64,000 nucleotides of DNA from positions 28,396,001 to 28,460,000 of the forward strand of contig OX597819.1 in the NCBI GenBank assembly GCA_951406725.2, given 5' to 3'. Source of the stretch: Octopus vulgaris. Its lineage: Eukaryota. Positions 38,868 to 52,270 of the stretch are shown here, in pieces. Under the pieces are notes generated by a model. The model saw only the letters and a program-made list of their open reading frames with translations, searched no databases and had not been told where the DNA came from. The translations under genes were made by a program, and so were the position numbers. How positions within the stretch are numbered: the first letter of the stretch is position 1; every line of letters starts with the position of its first letter.

Positions 38868-39025
38868 TTTCACGGGCATCTAAAATATTGCCATTTCCTT
38901 ATCGGTGTTTATCCACAACTGAGACCTCAAAGGATTTGTCTAATTACTTGAAAGCAAAAATCTCTCTTAGTGGTCCCATTACCGTAGCAGATTACATGCG
39001 AACAGTATTAACTCATCCTACATCG
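38868..39025 (+). CDS. NDUFAF7: NDUFAF7 coding exon 2
   Basis: tag|(V)SRASKILPFPYRCLSTTETSKDLSNYLKAKISLSGPITVADYMRTVLTHPTS|gtaagt; GPITVA.YM..VLT.P is the family signature. Confidence 0.95.
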
Positions 39026-41288
39026 GTAAGTATATTTTTCCTGTTTTGGTATTTAGGGAATGTTTTGAGTGTTGGTTTACTTTTCTACCTTGGTTTAATG
39101 GTTTGTTTAAGCCATGACAATTTTTAAGACCATACTGTAAAATAGTTCTTTTGAAATGGAGTGAAAATATCTCACAGTGCTCTTCAACCTTCCATTTAAC
39201 AAGTTGTATTTAAAATTCAGAAAAAATATTTTATTATTAATAAAATAGTAACAATGGTCAAGTTATTAAAAATAATCAATAATAGTTTTTAAGAGCATAA
39301 TTAATCCTTTTCCTGCAAAATATACATAAACTGTCAACTAAAAGTAAAAGCAATTATTTATATGAGTGAATAACATATTGTTGCAGTTTATGTTTTTTTA
39401 TTCTGACTGTAATGGGTTTAAACTCTTTTTCTGAACAAGATGTTGCACAGGGGAATTGATGTTGGGACTATGTGGTTTTGAAATAAAAGAAGTTAGACAT
39501 GCCAACACTCATAAATACTTTTATCTACAATGAGGAATTTACCCACTTCATCTAAAAGTATAGTCCTTCTTGCTAACAGGATATTAACTGGCCTTATTTT
39601 TATGAAACATATTGACACTTGTCAGAATACAGAATGAACAACCTTTTGAAAGCAACATCATTGACATGTACATTAAAGTAACTCTTAAAATGGGACACTT
39701 GCAATCTCAACAATTATGAGAAATTTCTTGGTTAGAAGACCTAGATAGTTGCCCCTACCTATGTCTTTTCTGTGCATGTCATAATGGCCTTGGTCTTGCA
39801 TTTAGAAAATTTTCAGTTTATAATTGAAGGTTCATTAAAACTGAAACTTGGAAAGGAAGTTTCTCCTCTTCTTCCTTTTCTTTTTCTCTTTCATTCTCAT
39901 TCTCTGTCTCTATCTCTCTGATGAACACACATATACATGTATATGCTCATATATATTTGTACATATACAATACATAATCATTATCATCATTATGACTGGC
40001 ACCCGGCAGATGCCAAGACCCCTGGACTGGAGATACGTAAAAAGCACTATCCGAATTGTGGCCGATGCCAGCGCCGCCTCGACAGGCTTCTGTGTCGGTG
40101 GCATGTAAAAGGCACCATCCAAATCGTGGCCGAAGCCAGTGCCGCCTCGACCGGCTTCCGTGCCGGTGGCATGTAAAATGCACCAATCCGACCGTGGCCG
40201 ATGCCAGCCTCGTCTGGCACCAGTGCAGATGGCACGTAAAAAGCACCCACTACACTCGCGGAGTGGTTGGCGTTAGGAAGGGCATCCAGCTGTAAAAACA
40301 TTGCCAGATAAGACCGGAGCCTGGTGTAGCCTTCTGGCTTCCCAGATCCCCGGTTGAACCGTCCAACCCATGCTAGCATGGAGAACGGACGTTAAACGAT
40401 GATGATGATGATCATCATCATCATTCTCACCCATTAACATCCATTTTCTCGTACATCCTTCAGTTAACACAGCATGTCACCATGTGTGGCCCCTTATCGT
40501 CTCCTTCATCTTGAGATCAGCTTTTCACACTTCGTCTTTCTCTCTACTACAAGCTCCTTCCACTTGGATTACTTTGCACTTCTTCACTAAAATTTAATCT
40601 TTAATATACATCAAATGTCTATATGAGCAAGGTCTTCCCTCTTGCACATCACAGCTAATCCTGCTTATACCTTTTATTTTTTCTCTTGAATTATCTGCAA
40701 GCTGTTGTTTAAGACCTGTTGAGGCAAGTGAAAATCAAATCAAATCAAAATCGATGAACATCAATGGAATTTGTATTTTTGTGGTATCAGTGCCAGTGGC
40801 ACATAAGAAAACCATCTGAACATGGCCGTAGCCAGTACCGCATCGACTGGCCTCCATGCTGTGGGCCAGCCTTGTCTGGCACCTGTGTCGGTGGCACAAA
40901 AAAACACCATCCGAGCGTGGCCGTTCACCAGCTTCGTCTGGCACCTGTGTCGGTGGCACATAAAAAGCAACCACTACACTCACAGAGTGGTTAGCGTTAG
41001 GAAGGGCATCCAGCTGTAGAAACTCTGCCAGATCTGACTGGCCTGGTGCAGCCTTTGGGCTTCCCAGACCCCAGTTGAACCGTCCAACCCATGCTAGCAT
41101 GGAAAGCGGACGTTGAACGATGATGATGATGATGATTACACATCTTCTCAGTCAGTGCCAGTGTTTTTGCTCCCATGCACTATCACACTTCATGCACAAG
41201 TGTTGCCAACAGAGATATCACTTCCCTGAACATTTTCCAATCTAGCTACTATACTTTCACTATCTCCACTGCGTATTAAGTAATTTAA

Positions 41289-41508
41289 CCTTTTTGTTAC
41301 TGTATTAATTTTGAGATGCTCTGTGTTTCTTTCAATTACTTTAAATATAACAAAGAATTTAGTAAAATAACTTAGTTATCATTCAGCTAGTGTTAGAAAC
41401 ATAAAATGTGACTAAGGTTTGGTGGTATATTTTAATGCAAAACTTATGAAAATAAGGCATTTGTACACAGAGACAGAGCCGGTTTCAGCCAGGTTGGTAA
41501 CAAAAGGG
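41289..41508. mobile_element. piggyBac-type MITE, second family
   Basis: TTAA|CCTTTTTGTTAC ... GTAACAAAAGGG|TTAA; diverged inverted relative at about 59401-59631. Confidence 0.75.
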
Positions 41509-42654
41509 TTAAGTAATAGGAACTATCAATCACTGCTAACAAACCTACACATTTGAAAAATGCGATTTGCTATGCTTGAGAAGACACATCAAACTAAGTG
41601 AATTTGTAGTCGTGGCCAGGGCTGGTGACATGTGAATGGCACTCATGCTGGTGACACATTAAGAGGCACATGTGCCAGTGACATATAAAAGGCTTCTGTG
41701 CTGGTAACGCGTAAAAGGCACTCATGCTGGTGACACGTAAGAAACATCCAGTACACTTAATGGAATAGTCGGTGTAAGGAAGGGCATCCAGCCATAGAAG
41801 CCATACCAAAACAAATTAGAGTCTGGTGCTGCTCTCTGGTTTACCAGTTCCAGTCATGGAAAATGGACCCTGAATGATGATGATGATGATCATCATCATC
41901 GTTTAATGTCTCCTTTCCATGCTAGCATGGGTTGGACAGTTTAACTGGGGTCTGGGAAGCCAGGAGGCTGCACCAGGCCCAGTCTGATCTGGCAGTGTTT
42001 CTACAGCTGGATGCCCTTCCTAACTCCAACCACTCCATGAGTGTAGTGGGTGCTTTTTACATGCCAGGCGAGGCTGGCAACGGCTACGATTGGCTGGTGC
42101 TTTTTACGTGCCACCGGCACAGAGGCCGGTCGGGGCGGCGCTGGCAACGGCCACGTTCGGATGGTTCTTTTACGTGCCACTGGCACTGGTATCACAACTA
42201 CAATTTCCATTGATTTTTGAGCGATTTCAATTTCGATTCCGATTTCACTTGCCTCAACAGGTCTTCACAAGCAGAGTTTTGTGTCCCAAGAACTGCTATT
42301 GCAACATGCAAAGTCCTTTACTGTCAGCTTGTCTGTGATTTCAGTGCATCTGCTGTGCATCCATAGTTTACATTGTTTACATAGTGCAGTTGCTTTACAC
42401 ACTTCTTTTCTGGATAATGGGTGGGGTCTCTTATCAGGTGGTTGCAGAACTGTATATTCTGTCATATAAGTTGACTTTTAGACCTCTTGATTCTAGGTTT
42501 TTATGTAACAAATGTGTATATATATATATGTATACATGTAGCTATGCTATACTGAACTACAGAATATATTTACAAATTTCTGTTATCTATACATATAAAC
42601 AGATGTAAACACCATGTCACTAACTCAGCTCCTTCTGTTTCTGTCCATGATGAT

Positions 42655-42714
<60 letters not shown>

Positions 42715-42759
42715 AGGCGTTTACATCTATCTATACAGTGTTGGCTAAAATTGTACAGG

Positions 42760-43990
42760 TATGTTTTGGAATACCACATAACATTGAAACAAAACACTGT
42801 TAATTTATGTATATCAGCAATTTATTAATCAAACTAGCTGCCTAGAATGTGTTACACACACACATGCATGTACATACACATACACTTGATAATCATATGA
42901 ACAACTCAAGAAGAACAGAGTTTGGTAAATAAGGTAATAGTTTAATGCTTGTGAGCTGGAAGATAATATCTTAACTTTTTGACCTTTTAACATGTGTATA
43001 AGCTCATTTAAATTTGCACCTCCTGGCATATATTTTCTTCTTGGATTGTACCCTCTTCCTGGACCCTTTTAACTGATTTATTGGACGTTTCTTTTCATCC
43101 CCAAATTCAATTCAATCTTTTCAAACTCCCCCATTTTCAAGTGTTTCACTGTTGCATGTCTGAAAAAAAAAAAAGAAAAGAAAAAAAAAAAAAGAAGGTT
43201 TTTTCCATCCCTAAAAGCTTTTGTTTATACACTTTCACACACAGAAATAACACCTTCCCCCTTGCTCTTCACTATCCTATGTGCTTCTTTGACACCTTTA
43301 TTGTCCCCTTATTCTCATACCGTTCCATGCACCCTTTCACACTATCCACCTTTATAATTACACACACCAATGCTCCCCATCTCTATTAACCAATGCCACC
43401 ATACTTCTACATTTGCAGACATCTATACAGTTATATACAGCATACCAACACACACACACACACACACACGCACGCACACGCATGCACACCTTTCCTTTAT
43501 TCTTACTTCTAGACTCAGATGCACTTTGACACATGCCCCTTCCTCCCTTCTTACCTTTGAACCTCTCATAGGAGAGCATTACCCTCTTGTTTCCAACCAC
43601 CCACCTTTCTCCTGCACCTCCCCTACTGTTCTTTTTTCTATTGTTATTGTTATCTTTTTCATCATCATTAATATTTTCTAAGTTTGTGATTATCTTTCTT
43701 TTATATGCTTACTTTTTTTTACTCTTCCTCATTCTGCCTATGAGATTCTCTTTTCTGATGAAGGACCTAATGTCCAAAATATTAAGACACTATCTTCTGA
43801 CTCACAAACGTTAAACAACTAATGCCTTATTTATTTATCAAGTTTTGATCTTCCTGTGTTATTCATCTTTGCTTATTGTGTGTGTGTGTGTGTGTATAAA
43901 ACACATTCTACTAAGTAGCTAGTTTGATTAATGAATTAATTGGTACATTGACAGTATTTTGCTTGAACATTATAATTGTATTCTGAAATC
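42760..43990 (+). mobile_element. Old Penelope-like relic with diverged inverted terminal segments of about 220 bp
   Basis: 42760-42980 is the diverged reverse complement of 43783-43990; decayed hammerhead at 43751-43787. Confidence 0.55.
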
Positions 43991-44344
43991 TCTTTCTTCC
44001 TCTCTCAGCTCCCCTCTCCCCCCTCTTCCCCTCTCTCTATGTACATATGTACATATATAGTTACAAAAATTTACAGACACAATATTTGAAAAAACATCTA
44101 TAGTTAAAAATTACTAATTATGTATAACAAAAGTCTGTAGTAAAGCTGGTTAACACAGACCTGATGGAAGAGAAAGGTGTCAAAATGAAATCCCAACTCA
44201 GGATTGGAACTATTTTGGCTTATCCCACCTTTTCTATTCTTGAAGATGTTATATATATACAGTCATGTTGTTTACTTATGTTGGTTAAAGATCTATAAGA
44301 TTTGTTCTCTTGTACAGTATAACATTGACTCAAAAGACTCTTAA

Positions 44345-44623
<279 letters not shown>

Positions 44624-44730
44624 TAAAGTTGAGGAAGAAAACTGAAACTGAACATGACCAACCTCCTTTGAGTTCCCATTGGCAGAGCAAGTTTAATGTT
44701 GACACCAACAATGGTTGATCTCAATAATAT

Positions 44731-45534
44731 TTGAGCCTACCTAGAGAAAATTACCCCTTGATCGTGGATTTTGCTAGAAAGAAAATGTCACTCTTTGGGA
44801 GCACAAATAAATGTGAGCAGCTATTATCGAAAATGAAATCTACTAAATCCAAAGCAAGATCAAGAATAACTGATAATCATTTTGAAAATAACTTGAGAGT
44901 AGCCACCTCGAGCATTTCTACAAACATCGAGATGTTGGTGAAGAAACATCAACCCCAAATATCCCATTAGAATAATGTTTCATGGCTATTTTCTCCCTAT
45001 GAGAATGAATAAATTATTTCACTGAGTCAACTACATTTGTTATATATTAATAAATTGTTTTGTTCTTACCCTTATTTTAATATCCTTTTTATATTATACA
45101 GCAAATACTTGTATAAGCACATCATCATCATCATCATCATCGTTTAACGTCCGCTTTCCATGCTAGCATGAGTTGGACGATTTTGACTGAGGACTGGTGA
45201 ACCAGATGGCTGCATCAGGCTCCAATCTGATCTAGCAGAGTTTCTACAGCTGGATGCTCTTCCTAACGCCAACCACTCCGAGAGTGTAGTGGGTGCTTTT
45301 TACCTGCCACCAGCACGGGGGCCAGTCAGGCGGCACTGGCAATGACTTGCTCAAATCTTTTTACACATGCCACTGGCACAGGTGCCAGTAAGGCGACGTT
45401 TGTAACGATCATGCTCAAATGGTGCCCTTTTACGTGCATACATATTTTGTAAGTCTATAATTAGGGCTTTGGTCCATGACTTTGGTGAGAAAACTTAATC
45501 CAGCCTGCACATAGAAAAAGGTTGCCCATGCCTG
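44731..45534 (+). mobile_element. hAT (Charlie/SPIN-like) 3' fragment with transposase C-terminus
   Basis: SLFGSTNKCEQLLSKMK..KSKARSRITDNHFENNLRVATS...QISH* is a hAT dimerisation domain. Right end GGTTGCCCATGCCTG at 45534; interrupted by a SINE at 45121-45437. Confidence 0.85.
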
Positions 45535-45817
45535 TAATAGCCCTTTACTTTCTGAGACTTAATTCTCACCAAGGTCTTCTTTGCTTTTCATCCTTCCAAG
45601 ATCAATGAAATAATGTACCTCTCAATTACTGAGTAGTTAGATTTAATTTCCTTATAAAGTAACCTAGGAATTATACAAAACTAATTATGTATTACTTGTA
45701 ATTAATTTAATGGCACATATATTGGCCATAATCAAATATATTCTATTTATATTTTTTTTACAGTGATAATTGATATTTGGTTTATATTATTTGATATTGA
45801 ATTTTTATATTGTCTAG

Positions 45818-45928
45818 TTGTTAGGTGTCTGGTGCGTAAATGAATGGATGCAATGTGGTAAACCTTCCAAGATGCAGGTTGTGGAACTTGGACCGGGTCG
45901 AGGTACATTAGCTTATGACTTGCTGAGG
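45818..45928 (+). CDS. NDUFAF7: NDUFAF7 coding exon 4 (SAM-binding motif I)
   Basis: tag|[37 protein letters not shown]|gtaggt; 111 nt; [10 protein letters not shown] motif. Confidence 0.98.
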
Positions 45929-46191
45929 GTAGGTATTTACTTTTTGATATTTTATGTATGCAAGATACAGAAATCTATTTATCTTGACAGAATAAAACAC
46001 ATTTATTATCTCTTTCTCTCTCTCATTGCCTTCCTCCATATGTGTGTATGTGTGTGTTACAATATACATCTGTGGCACTACTTAAATATATTGCCTATGT
46101 CCATCAGCTTGAGTGTTTTCTAAACAGTCATTATGTACATGCTTTAAGCATTCATTTGTTTTTTTCGCTGCTACTAGTCCCCCCCTCCCAC

Positions 46192-46241
<50 letters not shown>

Positions 46242-46840
46242 ATGCATTCGTGCTTGTATGTGTGTGTGTATATATATGTATGTGTGTGTGCGTGTGTTTG
46301 TGTGTGTGTGTGTTTATACTGGCCTAAATAAGTCTTTAAATTACCCCCAGCAGTAAAAAATATATTCAAAGAAAAATTATTATTTTCAGATATGTTGGGG
46401 GAAGAAACTTTAATAGCTTTTTTTTTTATGCCCTAATCAATAAATAAGAATTACTATTTCTGAGTGGCCATATGTGTTTTTTTCTAGCCTAACATTTTAT
46501 CTATTCATGTATTTATTTATTTGGAATATAATATCTATTAAGCTTATTTTCAGCTGTTTAAACTGAAAGCTGATATTGTATGGTAGCTCTTGTGGCTGTG
46601 ATTAACAAATGCATGTATCATATGGTGACTGTGATCAACTAGTAGTAGTAATAGTATGGGGGTATGCACTGTAGCAGTGCATCAGTGCATCCACCATTTG
46701 TTGGTGATTCCCTACTCCTGGTAGATGATAGCTTTGCACCACTCAGGCAACAACCCTCCAACCCATGGGTCTGTTTAGGTAGTCGTTGCTGGCGAGGGTT
46801 TTACAAAGTCAGAGTGCAATTCCTACTTTGACCTCTTTAA

Positions 46841-47063
46841 CCCTTTAGCATTCAAACTGGCCATGTCTGGCCAAAATATTTAATCTGTTTATGTTGAAAC
46901 AAGCCAGATCTAGCCTCTCGCGTCAGTCCTACAATGTCACTGTAAAAATAAACAACCATATCGTTGAAACCCCAAAACTTCGAGATAATATGTGATTAAT
47001 TCAAAACAATATAAATAAACAGACAGGTGTAAATTTGACAGGTGTAGTTTGAATACTAAAGGG
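46841..47063. mobile_element. piggyBac-type MITE
   Basis: TTAA|CCCTTTAGCATTCAAACT ... AGTTTGAATACTAAAGGG|TTAA; truncated relative at about 32671-32860. Confidence 0.8.
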
Positions 47064-47834
47064 TTAAGTTACCTTTTATGACATACTGAGGAAACGTTGG
47101 GTCTATTCTTTGACATGCTGGTCCCCACACAGCACTAGAGCAATGTGAAATGAAGTGTTTTGCTCAAGAACACAACATGCCACCTGATCTAGGAATTGAA
47201 CCCATGATCTGGTAATTACGAGTGCAACACTAGCCACTAGGTCATTTGCCTTTGCAAGAATATATTATAAATCATCCTTCAACAAGTATAGATCATAAAT
47301 TGTTCTGTAGTGGTGGTGTGGTTGCTAGATGTGCGTTTCTGCTTTGTCAGTAGCATGTATTCATGCCAGCAGCTTGCATAGACAAAACCTGTCACTATTG
47401 ATGTAATAAAATAGAATGTTGCACTGAAAACTTTATGCTTGGAGTGGGTAGAGAGGAGTAAAGTATGGGAGGAAAGGGCTGGAGCAAAACAGGTTTCTTG
47501 CTGAAGAGGAGCTACGTGAATTCTCACATTTTAGAAGAGAAGGTTGGAGCAGTGGAACTGGAAAGTGATATAAGTGGTGATGAGGTATCAGAGTAGTCCT
47601 TCAAGGTACTAGGTGTGTAGGGAATGAGTGATTCGGGAGTGTCAGGAGTGGATGGGGTAGCAGACGTCTGTTAGTGCTGGGCAGCAAAATAGAAATTATG
47701 ACACTGTAAGCAGAGTGGACAAAAGAGAAATGTCATGCTGTTGGAGAGCTTGCTAGAGTAAATGGGGAAGAGAGAGGAGGGAAGGCACAATGTATGGAGA
47801 GGGTGGGATGTATGATGATAGGGGGAGGGAGATA

Positions 47835-49108
47835 CAGGGGTTGGACAAAATAATGGAAACACCTTAAAATTTCAAACAAATTTATTCTAATATGGGGTAG
47901 AACTGCCTTTGGTAGTAATTACAGCTTGAATCCTACAAATTATGGACTTGTACAAAGTTTGAATTGTTTCCAAAGGAATTTTTGTCCATTCTTCAGCTAA
48001 AACAGTCTCCAGTTCTTGTAGTGATGGTGGTAGAGGATATTGACTCCTTACTTGTTTTTCTAAATCGCATCATAAATGCTCATTAATATTGAGATCTAGG
48101 AACTGTGGTGGCCAGATAAGATGTTCAACTTCACTAGAATGTTCCTTGTGCCACTCAGTAACAACTTTAACTGTGTGAATTGGTGCATTATCATCCTGAA
48201 AGATTGCGTTTCCCTCCGGAAACAGTTCTGCAACCAGAGGATGAATTTGATCAGATAACATACTTAAATAGTCTTCACTATTAATTCTGCCATGAAGGGA
48301 AACCATTGGGTCAGTGGATTTCCAAGATGTAGCCCCCTCCCGATCATCACAGATCCCCCTCCATGTTTAACAGTTGGAAGAAGGCAGTCTGGGTCAAATG
48401 CTTCTTTTGGCTGTCTCCACACGTATACTCGGCTGGTTGTCAGAAATAAGGTAAAAGATGAGTCGTCCGAGAAAATAACATTCTTCCACTGCTTTAGGAA
48501 CCAATTCTGTAGGTTTTTACTCCACTCTAAATGCTTTGCAACATTTGTTTTTGAAAGTAGTGGTTTTCTGATTGCAGCCCTCCTATGAAATCCAGCTTTG
48601 TGTAACTCCCAGCAAACAGTTTTTATGGAAACTGGGTTCACGAGGTGGTTATTAAGCTCTGCAGTAATTTTGGGAGCTGTACTTTTGTGGTCCTTTCTAA
48701 CAATACGTGTAAGAGTCTGACGGTCCCTATCTGAAAGTTTTGGTTTTCTTCTGGAGTTTTGTTTCAATGAGGAGGTTTTTCCCTCTTCCTCAAGAAAGTT
48801 ATTACTTTCGAGACAGTACTTCTTGATACACCAAACATTTCAGCTGTTTTCATTATGCTAGCACCTGCCATACAAGCACCAACAATTTGACCTCTTTGAA
48901 AATCTGGTAGATCTGTCATTTTAATGAATTTTAATTACCTTTTCCTGATGATATCTTAAGTGAAAGAGCAATTTTAGCAAAACATATTAAGCAACATTAA
49001 TAATAAATCAAAAATCATAAAAATAAACAAGCCTTTGACAGTTTTATAGACATTTCAAACTTACGATGCTATGATGCTAGGTGTTTCCATTATTTTGTCC
49101 AACCTCTG
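47835..49108 (-). mobile_element. Full-length decayed Tc1 (DD34E-type) DNA transposon
   Basis: 30-bp TIRs CAGGGGTTGGACAAAATAATGGAAACACCT with 1 mismatch; TA duplication at 47833-34 and 49109-10. Frameshifted transposase at about 48919-47887: MTDLPDFQRGQIVGA..., FSDDSSF, TVKHGGGSVM, FQDDNAPIH, WPPQFLDLNINE. Confidence 0.95.
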
Positions 49109-50559
49109 TAGTGTGGTGGCACTGTGGGGATAGATGGGTGATCATTGAAAGTATGGATGGAGATCAGCATTAATGAATGAATGATGGATATATATATATA
49201 TATATATATATATCATGTGATCACGTGACTGACCAGACCATCAGATGTTGTTACACATCGCTGGTCACAATGCGTTCACATTGTTTTAGCCTTCGAATGA
49301 CGCCACCCCGCTGGCTAAGCGAGCAGGCCAACAGAAGAAAGTGTGGGAGAAAGAGTGGTGAAAGAGTACAGCAGGGATCACCACCCCCTGCCGGAGCATC
49401 GTGGAGCTTTTAGGTGTTTTCGCTCAATAAACACTCACAACGCCCGGTCTGGGAGTCGAAACTGCGATCCTGCGACCGCGAGTCCGCTGCCCTAATCACT
49501 GGGCCATTGCGCCTCCACACATATATATATATATACACCTATTATCATCATCATTATCATCATTTAACATCCATTTTCCATACTGGCATGGGTTGGATGG
49601 TTTGACTGAAAACTGTTAAGCTGGAGAGCTGCACCAGGTTCCAATCTGATTTGGCATGGTTTCTACAGCTTGATGCGCTTCCTAATGCCAACCACTCCAA
49701 GAGTGTAGTGGGTGCTTTTTATGTGCCATTTATATAACGTCAGCATTGCCCACAACTATGATTTCACTTGGCTTGACAGGTTTTCTCAAGCACAGCATAT
49801 TACCAAAGGTCTCAGTCACTTGTGATTGCCTCCCTGAGACCCAACATTTGAAGATTATGCTTCTCCACCTTGTCTCATGTCTTCCTGAGTCTACCTCTTC
49901 CACAGGTTTCCTCCACTGTTAGAGTTTGGTACTTCTTCACTTCACACAGCTGTTCTCATATATGTGTGTGTGTGTATATATATATGTACAGACTCACTCA
50001 GCTCTACAGGACCTCAGTTTCTCTGAAGTGGGTAGGTCTTCTTGAGAACTGTATATCACCACTCATCTTGGTCCTTTGTGATTTCCTCCATGAGGTTCAA
50101 AGTCCTGAGATTAGTCTTTACCACATCATTCCATGTCTTCCTGGATCTCCCTCTTCTGCAAGTTCAACCCATTTTTAGTGAGCAGCATTTCTTTATACAA
50201 TTGTCCTTGTCTGTACACAGCATTTTTGTTTGTTCCTTCTCGAGCCATGCCTGGCTCATAAGGGCCGGTTTCCTGGTTTCTTGGCATATGGGTTCCCCAC
50301 CTGGATGGGACGCAGGTCCGTCGCAAGTGAGCTGCAAGATGCAGGAGGAAAGAGTGAGAGAAAGTTGTGGCGAAAGAGTCAGCAGAAGTTTTGCCATTAC
50401 CTTCTGCCGGAGCCGCGTCGAGCTTAGGTGTTTTGCTCATAAACACACACATTGCCCAGTCTGAGATTCGAATCCGCGATATCTCGACCGCGAGTCTGCT
50501 GCTCTAACCACTAGGCCATGTGCCTCCAACACAGCATTTATCCATATCTGTATAGTCTT

Positions 50560-51253
50560 CTTTCCTGTACACTATGTCTGATTCCTATTTTCACTCAGTT
50601 TTTCACTCAGCACCTTTGTGTTATGTCTTTCTTGTGCACTTACATTGCATGTCAAATGGAGTATACATCTTCATTTTGTATTTCTTTCCCATCTTCTCAA
50701 ATCCTTTGCATTCAAGGCCCATGTCTCACTGCCATGCACAGGTGTCATATGATTTGCCTTTCACTCTAAGGGAAAATATTTTTGTTGTTAGTAGTAGTTG
50801 TAGCTCCTTAAACTTTTTCCAACCTCTTCTTACTCTATCGACTATACTTTCAGAGCTACCACCTCCTTTGCTAATTACATTTTTTAAGTAACAAAGGCTA
50901 TCAACTACTTTTTGTGAATTTAAGAGAAACTATTTCCAGTGTACTCCTATGTACAGCTCCAGTTCATCTATTGCATATGATGCTTACATTCTTGGATAGT
51001 CTACTTATGATTCCACTACATCTCTTGTGTGTCTATAGCTTACATCAGGTGCAGAGTACGGAGTTTGTACCTACTATTTTTTGCACAATGAACAAGGCCA
51101 TTTCCTTGAAGGTGTCAGGATCCTGTCTTTCCTACTAACTAAAACCTTTCTTTTTGCTTGGTTTACCTTAAGACCTCTCAATTCTAGGGTTAGTTTCCAT
51201 GCCTGGAGTTTCTTCTCTAATTCCCCTATACATTCAGCTATGAGTGCTAGATT
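50560..51253 (-). mobile_element. RTE-like LINE 3' fragment
   Basis: NLALIAE...ELEKKLQAWKLTLELRGLKVNQAK.KVL...KWPCSLCKK, downstream of the YADD region; related pieces at about 40440-41270. Confidence 0.75.
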
Positions 51254-52270
51254 ATTGACATTTCCCATCATGGAATTACAATTTCTAATGTCTTGTAATG
51301 TCCTGTCCACAGCTTCAAAAGCTTTTTTGTGGGCCATGGTACATTCGTTCCAGACAATTAAGTGACATCTTTGTATTAGTTCTCCCATTCCAGAATTTTT
51401 AGATATATTACAAACTGCATCTTCTCTGTTAGATAAATCTAAAGGTGACTTGAATATTGAATGGGCAGTTCAACCTCCAGATAGTAATGTTGCTGCAATC
51501 CCAGAAGTAGCAGTAGCTAAAGTTATTTTATTTTCTTGACAAACTTTAGCTGGAGGGAGTTTAATTACAAATGTTTCCCCAGAATCTCCTGGAGCATCTA
51601 GGAAATAAAGTCCTCCTGTGTTATTGTTAATACTTTCTATGACAGTGGAATCTGCATGATGTTGATCAGGTAGAAGCTTGGGAAGATAATCATTTCTGTA
51701 CATGGTCATTCCTCCATATCATAGGAAATTTTGGATCTTTTCGGCAGTTTTTTCTAGCGGTGTCATATGAAATTGTCACCCATAATTATGACCCTAGAAT
51801 TGATCTATTGCATTTCAATCTCTTTTAGGGTTAGGGTTAGGAGTGGGGGAAGGGTATCTTTTTTTTCTTCACAAATGTAAATAAACCCAATCTGTTTCTT
51901 AAACGAGGGACATATTCATGTGGCACAGAATATTTTTTACCTCAATACACGTCATTGATTGATTGAAATTGCAGAAATTGAAGAAAAAAAACCCAAATAT
52001 CTTACAAACTATAGAATTTTCTCAATAAAGCCAAGAGAAAAAGATGTTTTATAAACACATTCTACCAGTATACGAAGTTTAAAATGTTTTAGTTACCTAG
52101 AAATTATGTTAAAAACTACTGTTCAAACCAAAAAGATTCGAAATTTCCCCCATTATTTCAGTGCACAGACAGTTAAGATCCCCTCTATTAGTTAGTGGGA
52201 GACCTAAATTTTCTATAGGTTCACCTTGCATTGAAATAATTTGATCTTCTATTTCAATCAAAGCCACACT
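51254..52270 (-). pseudogene. Helitron Rep/Hel (PIF1-like helicase) fragment, split by a MITE
   Basis: Decayed motifs GGLYFLDAPGDSGETF (Walker A, normally GGTGKTF), ATATSGIAATLLSGG*TAHS and LIVWNECTMAHKKAFEAVDRTLQDI; upstream piece ALIEIEDQII...LGLP at 52140-52270. Confidence 0.9.
51733..52139. mobile_element. TIR MITE with internal TTAGGG repeats, copy 1
   Basis: Ends GGATCTTTTCGG / CCAAAAAGATTC; nearly identical to 58705-59138; gaaattt is duplicated on the flanks. Confidence 0.85.

Noticed and set aside
40037-40250. Regularly spaced repeats resembling a CRISPR array
   Set aside because: Tandem units without unique spacers, inside a SINE, in eukaryotic DNA with no cas genes.
39910-41100. 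Recurrent ORFs such as MLAWVGRF...FLQLDALPNANHS
   Set aside because: Reading frames through SINE family D copies, not a gene family.
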